DNA from: a virus
Taxonomy: Duplodnaviria > Caudoviricetes
Reading direction: 5' to 3' (one strand)
Length of the DNA: 64,000 bases
IMG/VR virus record: IMGVR_UViG_3300032116_000009
Part shown: piece after piece, positions 16,918 through 25,279 of the stretch
Numbering within the stretch: position 1 is the first letter of the stretch
How the letters are laid out: each line of letters starts with the position of its first letter
Translations under genes and position numbers: made by a program
The notes under the pieces: model-generated
Told to the model about the DNA's origin: nothing
Seen by the model: only the letters and a program-made list of their open reading frames with translations
Databases searched by the model: none

Positions 16918-18035
16918 CGGATAATATCAATAGATTCTGGGTTCTTATTCCAAGTCTCAAGTTCTGTGCGAAGACGACCTTCAGACTTCAGAGTTTCATA
17001 TCGATTAGAGGCCTTTTTCCTCCACCAGTTCACAAGGTGATCAAAATGAAACTTATCATAGTTTTGACCGGGACGTAGAACTTCATCTTGTCCAAGAATG
17101 ACTTCACGAGCATTCTCAAACCCGTAATCAGAAATATAAAATCTCTTCTGTTCAGTCAGATTTTTTGCATTTGCAATCGCAGTCTGGAACTCCACAACCT
17201 TTTGAGAAGGTAAGCTTTTCTTGATGATTGAGATCATCTTTTGTTGGGTCTTGAGTTTCCGACTGGATGCGTCCTCCTTCACCAGAGATTGGTTGTCGTT
17301 CCTCTGAATAAACCATTTGTTTAACTCCTGAAAGATCTCATCATGGAGCAGAGGAGTAAAATCACTTTGAGTTAGACCCTTGTACCTCATGTAGGGTTTC
17401 AAACCATCATACTGTGATGAGGCTTTTGTAGACCCATAGAGAGAAGTTGTCTCAAAAGAACAAATGTCTGATCCATACTTCTTATTTAACGTCTCACGAG
17501 CAGTATGAGAACAACAAAGAAGTGCGAGGAGTTTACCTCCGAGATAATTAAATCCAAAAGGTTGTGTAGGTACAATGATAAATCCCATGATTGCATGACG
17601 ATTAAACCTAGACAACTCGGGAGTTTGTCCAAGCCAATCATTGCGGGGTTTTGAATTAATAGTTGGAGATCCAAATCGACAGAAACCAACAATCTTCTGC
17701 GTGTTAGTTTCTTGGACAATCCACTTTAGTGATTTACCAGGAATACTATCTTCAATCGCATGAGAAGTAGTAATCTGAAGTCTTTCGTTGAAATATTCAT
17801 TTGTAAATCCACCTCTTTCTCCTGCAGGATAAACTTTGAAGTTCATATCCTGTGGGTGCATATCAAAAGCATCAAACATGTCATCCTCGGGACCAATCCC
17901 AAGAATGGATGACGGCATTTGTTCCATTCTATCCAATTTCACATTACGCAGATATTCATCGATTCTACCCATGTTGGAGAAGTAATCGATGAATTTATCC
18001 GCTGCGTAAATCGCATCATCAAGTTCTAGTTGCAT
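16914..18035 (-). CDS. DUF4338/DruA-like protein
   Basis: Motifs PGKSLKWIV..VGFCRFGSP, PFGFNYLGGKLLALL and ETTSLYG..SQYDGLK resemble DUF4338 as recalled; needs an HMM check. Confidence 0.6.
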   Translation of the reverse strand: MQLELDDAIYAADKFIDYFSNMGRIDEYLRNVKLDRMEQMPSSILGIGPEDDMFDAFDMHPQDMNFKVYPAGERGGFTNEYFNERLQITTSHAIEDSIPGKSLKWIVQETNTQKIVGFCRFGSPTINSKPRNDWLGQTPELSRFNRHAIMGFIIVPTQPFGFNYLGGKLLALLCCSHTARETLNKKYGSDICSFETTSLYGSTKASSQYDGLKPYMRYKGLTQSDFTPLLHDEIFQELNKWFIQRNDNQSLVKEDASSRKLKTQQKMISIIKKSLPSQKVVEFQTAIANAKNLTEQKRFYISDYGFENAREVILGQDEVLRPGQNYDKFHFDHLVNWWRKKASNRYETLKSEGRLRTELETWNKNPESIDIIR

Positions 18036-18036
18036 A

Positions 18037-18333
18037 TCAAATGATCAGTTTTTTTTCTTCTGGAGTTACGAGTTTACTCCCATAAACTTCATTATACTTC
18101 TTTTTAATTTGTGGATCAACTTCTGCAACATAGACAATGTGATTCTTAGCGATAATCAATTCGGGAATCGTCTTATCGATCACAGAAGCCCATGGAGCAA
18201 ATCCCACACGACCATCTGGACTAGGAAGAACAACTAAACCATTTTTCACAGTCACAAAGTTATCATCCTGAGAGACAAGTTCAGCTACAACCTCTTCTCC
18301 AGTAGCAATACGAAATAGTTTTACATCAATCAT
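18037..18333 (-). CDS. Conserved small hypothetical protein (Sm-like fold candidate)
   Basis: VKLFRIATGEEVVAE...VKN motif; 98 aa. Confidence 0.75.
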   Translation of the reverse strand: MIDVKLFRIATGEEVVAELVSQDDNFVTVKNGLVVLPSPDGRVGFAPWASVIDKTIPELIIAKNHIVYVAEVDPQIKKKYNEVYGSKLVTPEEKKLII

Positions 18334-19280
18334 TTAAAATTACACTCCACCATAATTTCAGTTAACGCCGCCAGAAGATTAATTTCTTGATCCGCAACGA
18401 AGGCAATCTGATACTGATACTTAGCAATAATGAGCACAGCAGCAGGAATAGAAGAACTTTCAAGGGCATTATAAAGAGCATCGTAAACACGACGCAAAAG
18501 TACACCAGAATCATTGTCCAAATTATTAACGACCCATTTACGTACTTCAGGGAAGTTCTTTTCTTTAAGGTTTCTAACCAGGTCATTGATATTTACATCC
18601 GAGAACTCAGCAAGGATCGCAGAATCGATTTTACCACCAGCAGAATACCTCTGACATTCGTTTAGAACCCTTCTCCAATCCGGAAAATATTTATTGATAA
18701 GTTCCGCAAGGACTTTTTGATCGTATTGAATACTTTCCAAGTCAAGGATATTCTGAATACGTTTAAAGAATGATCCTGCAAGTTGAGCTTTTTCTTTTCC
18801 TTTGATACTAAACTCAACAACTGCACATCGAGAGTGGAGAGGTTCAATGATTTTGTTTTTATAGTTACATGTGAAGATGAACCTGCAATTGTTATAAAAC
18901 GTCTCAATATTAGCCCGTAGAAGGAGTTGTACATCGTGGGTTGTGTTGTCAGCCTCATCAATGATGATGACTTTGTGTTTTGCATCACCCGCAGAAAGTG
19001 AGACGGTCGAAGCAAAGTTCTTTGCTTGGTTCCGTACCGTGTCCAAAAATCGTCCTTCGTCAGATCCATTAATGACATAATAATCTACACCCAATTCTTC
19101 GCAAAGAGCTTTTGCAACTGTAGTTTTTCCACAACCTGCAGGACCAGCAAGCATGAGGTTTGGAATTTCTTTTTTATTTAGAAACTCCAAAAATGTCTTC
19201 TTATTTGCATCAGGAAGAATACAATCTTCAATTTTACGTGGGCGATATTTTTCAACCCACAGAAACTCATCACGACTCAT
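18330..19280 (-). CDS. gp44: Clamp loader large subunit (T4 gp44)
   Basis: WVEKYRP, GPAGCGKT, DEAD and SRC motifs; likely start MSRDEF at 19280. Confidence 0.96.
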   Translation of the reverse strand: MSRDEFLWVEKYRPRKIEDCILPDANKKTFLEFLNKKEIPNLMLAGPAGCGKTTVAKALCEELGVDYYVINGSDEGRFLDTVRNQAKNFASTVSLSAGDAKHKVIIIDEADNTTHDVQLLLRANIETFYNNCRFIFTCNYKNKIIEPLHSRCAVVEFSIKGKEKAQLAGSFFKRIQNILDLESIQYDQKVLAELINKYFPDWRRVLNECQRYSAGGKIDSAILAEFSDVNINDLVRNLKEKNFPEVRKWVVNNLDNDSGVLLRRVYDALYNALESSSIPAAVLIIAKYQYQIAFVADQEINLLAALTEIMVECNFK

Positions 19281-19282
19281 AA

Positions 19283-19795
19283 TCAAATCCAATTAGGTTT
19301 ACGTTCAGGCATCCGCAGATAATTATCTGCAACCCAAGGTTTAGAAGCAATATACCTTTTATAAGCAGTAAAGGTATCAATAGTATCATCAAATTTCCAC
19401 TCTATAGGCATAGCACGAGCGAATGGAGTCACTTCTGTAATCTTGCCCTTTGGAAACAAATAATATGCGTCCACGAGGGTCTTATAACAGGAGTGAGTTT
19501 TATTATACCGCAGGCAGTATTCATCAGACAAGTTCAATCCCCACTTGATTAACCAGTAGGCATTATGGATACTCTCCATTGCCCACTTGGTGCAGGGATG
19601 ATTGCGGAATGCTCCTTTCTCGGTCTTATAGGGGGTTCCATCCGTCTTAGGGAGAGTGCCATACCCGTGTCCCCACTTCTCTGATGCCACGATAGAGAGC
19701 ATCTGACAACACTCTAAGGGCATCTTGACGATATGTTTGTCTGGGAGACAAATAGCACTCTCAGCAGGCCAAGGGGAAGTGACAAAGATGTTCAT
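19283..19795 (-). CDS. Pyrimidine-dimer DNA glycosylase (DenV)-like family protein
   Basis: MNIF..., DKHIVKMPLECCQMLS and NHPCTKWA motifs are typical of this family. Confidence 0.65.
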   Translation of the reverse strand: MNIFVTSPWPAESAICLPDKHIVKMPLECCQMLSIVASEKWGHGYGTLPKTDGTPYKTEKGAFRNHPCTKWAMESIHNAYWLIKWGLNLSDEYCLRYNKTHSCYKTLVDAYYLFPKGKITEVTPFARAMPIEWKFDDTIDTFTAYKRYIASKPWVADNYLRMPERKPNWI

Positions 19796-19812
19796 AATAT
19801 AGGTGAGTTACC

Positions 19813-20508
19813 TCACTCATCATAGGTGGAGTCGGGTTCCAATGCAATGTAGTATGTAAGATTCTTATCTTCTGACTGGAAACGAGACAGGAGTTTCTTG
19901 GAGATCACAACCTCATAAGAACCAGGAAGAATCTTAATGTTTTCAACTTTAAAGTTCAGTACAAAAGTTCCAGTAGTTTCACCAACAACCAGTGAATATT
20001 CATTAGATGTGTCATTCTTTTTGTCACGAACAACCAATTTCACAACACCAGCTTCTCCAACAACAGAAAGGTCAGGAACACCATAAACTGCTGCAGCCTT
20101 GAGAAGTTTATCTAGTTGTTGAGTATTTACTTCAAAACAGACATCTTCAGAAGGGAGTGCAATAGACTTTTCGGGTGGAGTCACAATCACTGCAGGATCA
20201 GCAAAGAAATACTTAGAACGTGCATTACCTTCACTGATAGTCACATAACTATCATTAGCAAACTTCAGTTGAGGATTCTGATAGAGGGACATTGCATTTA
20301 GGAACTGGTTAAGGTCGTAAATACCAAAGTCTTTTTCAAATTCTTCCTCTACTTCAACTTCCGCAAGAATATTTTTCATTACAGAAATAGTGCGGAGTTT
20401 ATTTCCCTTCTTAAAGAGAATAGACTGATTAATTCCAGAGAAGTTCTTGAGAAGAGAGAGGGTTTTTTCAGAGAGTTTCATAGATGTATTTTTGAGTTTC
20501 ATGATCAA
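19813..20508 (-). CDS. gp45: Sliding clamp (T4 gp45)
   Basis: MKLSEKTLSLLKNFSGINQS...FGIYDLNQFL...YYIALE; the start may be 20481. Confidence 0.95.
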   Translation of the reverse strand: MIMKLKNTSMKLSEKTLSLLKNFSGINQSILFKKGNKLRTISVMKNILAEVEVEEEFEKDFGIYDLNQFLNAMSLYQNPQLKFANDSYVTISEGNARSKYFFADPAVIVTPPEKSIALPSEDVCFEVNTQQLDKLLKAAAVYGVPDLSVVGEAGVVKLVVRDKKNDTSNEYSLVVGETTGTFVLNFKVENIKILPGSYEVVISKKLLSRFQSEDKNLTYYIALEPDSTYDE

Positions 20509-21038
20509 CGGAATTCGGAAAGGCCATTATCTTTACGAGAATAATGGCCATCAAAGTGAAGCAGGAGCATAGCATAATGAATCACTTTGAGAAGGTCACG
20601 TTTGTTGCGACCATCTTTATCACCATAACGACTTCCATACTTTAGAATATTCGCCTGACAAAATCCAGGAGCAAGACCCTTTGCTGCCATCAGATCAATC
20701 GTTTGAATATCTTGGTATTCTTCGTTGTGACTACAATAGTGACTACCATAAGTACTAGTCACATAATCCTTAATGTCTTTCAGGATTTTATCTTCATTAT
20801 ACTTCCACAAATGATTTTTGTTTTCGCTCATAGTAACAGGGGTTTTATCAAGGTTGAGTGTACCATTGTCACCAATATGCATGGTGAATTGATTGATATT
20901 AGTGTTTTCTTTTCCTGAGCCAATAAAGATTGTATCGGGAGAAGGATTTGGATTACCAGTCAAACTGATTCCATCTTCTACCCAAAAATCTTGGTTTGGG
21001 ATGGAACTTTCGTAAGTGCTTTCAAAGTTTTCAGACAT
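20505..21038 (-). CDS. Hypothetical protein with C-terminal DUF3310-like domain
   Basis: Y..HY...IQTID...FCQANILKYGSRYG.KDG...DLLKVIHY pattern; start uncertain (21038-21089). Confidence 0.6.
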   Translation of the reverse strand: MSENFESTYESSIPNQDFWVEDGISLTGNPNPSPDTIFIGSGKENTNINQFTMHIGDNGTLNLDKTPVTMSENKNHLWKYNEDKILKDIKDYVTSTYGSHYCSHNEEYQDIQTIDLMAAKGLAPGFCQANILKYGSRYGDKDGRNKRDLLKVIHYAMLLLHFDGHYSRKDNGLSEFR

Positions 21039-21058
21039 TCTAATCATAGTAAAAGAAC

Positions 21059-21087
21059 AAAAAGGGGAGGCACTTCTTACCTTCCCC
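21059..21087 (-). terminator. Rho-independent terminator
   Basis: GGGGAAGG-UAAGAAGUG-CCUCCCC-UUUUU after the AAA+ ATPase gene. Confidence 0.65.
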
Positions 21088-21094
21088 AATTATA

Positions 21095-22198
21095 TCAGGA
21101 TTGTGTTTCCTGGTCAATGGGCATCTGGAAATCAGCATCCACTTTATCATACAGTTCCAGGAAGGACTGTTTGGTTTCATCATCAAAACGGTTGACGCAC
21201 ACTTGGATTGCCTTTGCTTTGTCTTGGAAGATGCCGTATGCACGGATGATGTGAACCAGACGACGGGTGCTGATGATTTCCTCAATACCACCATCGTAGA
21301 AGGTCTTGCGGATGATGTCTGCCCAGTCCACCAGACGCTTGCAGAAGTCACGGTCTTTCACACCAAGATCCAGAGCAACGCCTTCCAGGATCTTTTGTTC
21401 AGTTGCAGGAGCAGGATAAGACTGCTCAAAGGTCACGGGGAAACGTTCAAGGAAAGCTTCATTAAGAACGTTAGTGCCAATAAATCGACCGTCATCAGAA
21501 CCCTTACCTTTGGTATTGGCGGTGGCAATCACATTGAAACCAGAAGCAGGTTTCACAAAGCGACCAATCTTTTTAAGGAACACACCCTTACCTTCCAGAA
21601 TAGATTGAAGGCACAGGATCTTGTTGGAAGCAAGATCAATCTCATCCAATAGGAGAATAGCACCACGTTCAAGTGCTTCCACCACAGGACCATTGTGCCA
21701 AACAGTAGCACCATCAACAAGACGGAACCCACCAATCAGGTCATCCTCATCCGTTTCAATCGTGATGTTGACACGAATCAGTTCACGTTTGAGTTGAGCA
21801 CACGCTTGTTCAACCGAGAACGTTTTACCGTTACCCGAAAGACCCGTAATGAACGCAGGGTAAAAGATACGGGACTGAATAATCTTTTTAATATCGTTAA
21901 AGTTACCAAACTTGACGAAGGTATCATCTTTATCAGGAATAAGGTTTTGTTCAGCGGCAGGAAGAACGGCAGGTGCTTGATAAGAACGCTCAATCTCTTC
22001 AACACGTTCTTGAGTCACTTCCAGATTCCAACGACCACGAGTAGTCTTGAAAGATTCCAGACGACGAGTTACGGTCTGGTAATTCATATTACGAGAGGCA
22101 CAGAAACCTCGAATATCCCCAGCACTAATTTCAGTACCATAGAGATTTTTGAGATCAGAAATGAGTTGTTCGTCAGTCACAGGAGATTTGCGAGGCAT
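21095..22198 (-). CDS. cobS: MoxR-type AAA+ ATPase (usually annotated CobS-like in cyanophages)
   Basis: Walker A GLSGNGKT, Walker B LLLDEID, ATANT and NEAFLERF motifs. Confidence 0.88.
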   Translation of the reverse strand: MPRKSPVTDEQLISDLKNLYGTEISAGDIRGFCASRNMNYQTVTRRLESFKTTRGRWNLEVTQERVEEIERSYQAPAVLPAAEQNLIPDKDDTFVKFGNFNDIKKIIQSRIFYPAFITGLSGNGKTFSVEQACAQLKRELIRVNITIETDEDDLIGGFRLVDGATVWHNGPVVEALERGAILLLDEIDLASNKILCLQSILEGKGVFLKKIGRFVKPASGFNVIATANTKGKGSDDGRFIGTNVLNEAFLERFPVTFEQSYPAPATEQKILEGVALDLGVKDRDFCKRLVDWADIIRKTFYDGGIEEIISTRRLVHIIRAYGIFQDKAKAIQVCVNRFDDETKQSFLELYDKVDADFQMPIDQETQS

Positions 22199-22231
22199 AA
22201 TGTGGTTGGGTGGTGTGTTTCAACTGAAGCT

Positions 22232-22291
22232 ATAATACGCGAAAACCACCCCAGAAGAAAGGGGTATTGTGCCAGTTTAAAAAGTGTCCAC
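22232..22291 (-). promoter_or_regulatory. Putative early promoter: palindromic box plus -10 TATTAT
   Basis: GTGCCAGTTTAAAAAGTGTCCAC at 22269-22291, 31 nt upstream of TATTAT; a matching element lies at 28850-28907. Confidence 0.55.
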
Positions 22292-24303
22292 TACAAGATA
22301 TTTTTTACTTTACCAAAAATGTTTCTATTCCAAAAGTCACAAATAGAAACTTCTATTTCAGGATCAACAACATACAAAGAAGCTAAACATCTTTGTTGAC
22401 AACTCTGAACTTCTGTATGTCCATATAACAAAGTGGTAGCATCGGTAGAAAAAATATTAGAAAGATTTACAAATTTTTTCCCAGGTCCAACAAAAATATT
22501 TGCAAACTTTTGAGATTCTTTATACAAATCAGCAACAACAAACTTTGTAGGAGTTTTTTTAAAGACTGACCAATACTTAATAAATGATTCGGTTCCACCA
22601 AAATGGTCCATAAGTTCTTTGATTGATAAATCAAAACTATGATCCATTACAAATCTTGAGTGATCTGTTTTCCCCAACCAAGTAAAATAATCCTTTTCGG
22701 AAAAAGATTTGATACATTCTACAATATCATTTGTCTTCCATGTATGTAAGTGTTTATACCATTGTATACTTTTAATATTAAAATCATATACAATAATTTT
22801 ACCATTTAAGTCCAATTTTTTATTTTTAAAAATATCAAACAACTTAAATCCACTTGCAGTATTTACAACTAAATTAAACTTACCTTCATTATTAATTGAC
22901 ATTGATTCACTATTAAATAACCATATTTGATCTTTTACTGATTTTGCATCATTTATCAACTTTACTTGATTCCAATTCTGACCTTCATATGGAGTTAAAG
23001 TTTTAATACTTGATTCAAACTTTTCAGTATTAAATTCTGGATAATAATAAAACTTATTAAAACGTAATTTTTCGCTCAAAGTTATTACTGGCCAATCATT
23101 TAAAAACATAGAACTCAAAAGTTTCCAACCCTGTCCAGCGTTAGATTGGTATTCTTGTTTGTTTGAATACTTAACCCACAATGGAGTATAGTCATCATGA
23201 AAGTTTTCAATACTTCTTTCAACTACAGGTAATAATTGTTCTTCAGAACACCAATCACCAAATTCCGGACATCCAACTTCTTTCCATGCAGAAACGTTGA
23301 CTATAAAAAATTGGTGGTGTAATTCCAACCACCTCCCAGGCCAAGATAATATATGTCCAGCTATACCAAAATTATTTTCATTTATAAAATCTCTAATTTC
23401 TTTATCATAATCAAAACTCTTCAAAGTACATCCAGAAGATTGAATCACACAATACTCATATTTTTTAATTAAAGCTTCATTCAATATCTCATGTATTTCA
23501 TCTCCACAAATTATATCTACATTACTTCTAGATCTGTTGAGATAAAATAAGGTTGCACCTTTGGATCTTAGGTACATCGAAAAATTATTAATCCTATTTC
23601 GTTGATTATAAACCCCGTAACATACCCGTTTCTTTCGAGTTTTAAGTTGATCAAATGCTGTTTGTATTAAATTATTATTAATAGATCCATGAACAATAAA
23701 ATGATATCTAGGTTCATCACTATTATTAAAAACAGCGTGAACATTTCCTATATCTAAAAAAAATCCTGTCCCTTGACTAAAAGGAACTTTTCCCCATTTT
23801 TCAAAGTAAAAATTACATCCATCAGGATTATTAATTGCTATGTTCAAAGGACCAAAAATTCTACCATCACCATCAGAATGTGGCATAATGTATCCACCAG
23901 GAGATAGTTTCATGATCCTTACTCGATCGTAACTACCATATCCCAATTTTTTTAAAAATTTAACGCAAGTAGGAAAATATACACAAGCTTCTGTCCAATC
24001 ATAATCTGGTTCAGTCAGTCCATATTGATCATAATTTTCAGTAGCATCTGGACGTATTCCATGTAAAGTTAAAGCAGACCAACCTTCATGAGAATAACTT
24101 AGATGTTTATCTTTCTGCCTATGACCCACAAAAAGATGATCATTATCAATGCATTCTTGATGCATTTCTTCAAAGTCATCAGAAAAATCTATTTGAAGAA
24201 AAGGCCAATCTGAGTCAAATACATTGAATTGTTTTGAAGAATTTGGGGGATACCACTGATTCTCCAATGAGTTTTCTATAAATGTTTCAATTATTTTGTT
24301 CAT
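22291..24303 (-). CDS. Multidomain protein: N-terminal Asp/Asn beta-hydroxylase-like 2OG-Fe(II) domain fused to uncharacterised (transferase-like) domains
   Basis: RVRIMKLSPGGYIMPHSD...HAVFNNSDEPRYHFIVH; about 445 further residues with Rossmann-like patterns. Confidence 0.7.
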   Translation of the reverse strand: MNKIIETFIENSLENQWYPPNSSKQFNVFDSDWPFLQIDFSDDFEEMHQECIDNDHLFVGHRQKDKHLSYSHEGWSALTLHGIRPDATENYDQYGLTEPDYDWTEACVYFPTCVKFLKKLGYGSYDRVRIMKLSPGGYIMPHSDGDGRIFGPLNIAINNPDGCNFYFEKWGKVPFSQGTGFFLDIGNVHAVFNNSDEPRYHFIVHGSINNNLIQTAFDQLKTRKKRVCYGVYNQRNRINNFSMYLRSKGATLFYLNRSRSNVDIICGDEIHEILNEALIKKYEYCVIQSSGCTLKSFDYDKEIRDFINENNFGIAGHILSWPGRWLELHHQFFIVNVSAWKEVGCPEFGDWCSEEQLLPVVERSIENFHDDYTPLWVKYSNKQEYQSNAGQGWKLLSSMFLNDWPVITLSEKLRFNKFYYYPEFNTEKFESSIKTLTPYEGQNWNQVKLINDAKSVKDQIWLFNSESMSINNEGKFNLVVNTASGFKLFDIFKNKKLDLNGKIIVYDFNIKSIQWYKHLHTWKTNDIVECIKSFSEKDYFTWLGKTDHSRFVMDHSFDLSIKELMDHFGGTESFIKYWSVFKKTPTKFVVADLYKESQKFANIFVGPGKKFVNLSNIFSTDATTLLYGHTEVQSCQQRCLASLYVVDPEIEVSICDFWNRNIFGKVKNIL

Positions 24304-25258
24304 CTATTTCAATTTCTACTACCCTTTTAATTTGAGAAAAGACTTCATTGTTCCACCTTTTTTGAACTTCAGTATTAAAATACCAATCGTCCTCAATTGG
24401 ATGAAATCTTAACAGATCATCATCAATTACAATATGTCCAAGAAAATATCTACCTAAAGCTAGAGCATTTAAATTCTCAATAGGAATTATTTCCTGAGCT
24501 TCTTGTTCTATAGTTTCATACCACTTATAGAATTGTAACTCAGTTGTTTTTTGGCAATACGTTTTATTCTGAAAACAAAGCCATACCTCAGAACTATACC
24601 TTTGTTGAACTTTTACTTGTTTATTTGTAACAACTCTAACATCATCATCATGACAAGCGTGCATGTAGTCTTTACCTAAGGTGTTATATCCGAGATAAAG
24701 ATGCCCCCACGAGAAATCAGTAGTTAAAAATAATTTATCTTTTTCTTCCAATCTCCTACCATCATATGGCGGATAAACAGACACTAAGGCACTGTATTCT
24801 GGAAAATCTTTCACAGTTGTACCCATTGCAACTTCTGTTACATGAATCCATTCATTTAAATCCAACCAAAGTCTATGAACATCTTCACCAAGATATAATT
24901 TTTTATCCGCACCATATTCTTCAAATTTTTCATGTAAACTATTCAGTTTTTCCCTATTTGCATCACTCGTTCCACTCAAAAAACTCAACATATTAGAATT
25001 ATATGCAGTATTGATATCCTTCACTATTGAGTTTATTTTTTCAGTTAATTCATTTAAATGTAAATAATTTTTATTTGATATTTTGAGATTGAGTGATGCA
25101 TTACTTCGGTTGAGATATGTTTTAACTTCATTCAACCACTTTTCCCTCAAACTATTTGGTTGCAAATAGTAAGTTAGTTGAAGTGGTTGTCCATTTTGTA
25201 ACTCAAAAATAAATTTTACATGTTTATCTTTTTCAAAAAACTCCACAATAAACCTCAA
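24287..25258 (-). CDS. Hypothetical protein
   Basis: 323-aa ORF with a TTG start, coupled to the downstream gene; AT-rich. Confidence 0.7.
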   Translation of the reverse strand: MRFIVEFFEKDKHVKFIFELQNGQPLQLTYYLQPNSLREKWLNEVKTYLNRSNASLNLKISNKNYLHLNELTEKINSIVKDINTAYNSNMLSFLSGTSDANREKLNSLHEKFEEYGADKKLYLGEDVHRLWLDLNEWIHVTEVAMGTTVKDFPEYSALVSVYPPYDGRRLEEKDKLFLTTDFSWGHLYLGYNTLGKDYMHACHDDDVRVVTNKQVKVQQRYSSEVWLCFQNKTYCQKTTELQFYKWYETIEQEAQEIIPIENLNALALGRYFLGHIVIDDDLLRFHPIEDDWYFNTEVQKRWNNEVFSQIKRVVEIEIDEQNN

Positions 25259-25279
25259 ATACTATAATAATTTATTTAA

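Noticed and set aside
21101-22399. Long plus-strand ORFs (183 aa and 234 aa) opposite the AAA+ ATPase gene
   Set aside because: They are antisense shadows of a well-supported gene with biased codon usage, and have no RBS or recognisable motifs.
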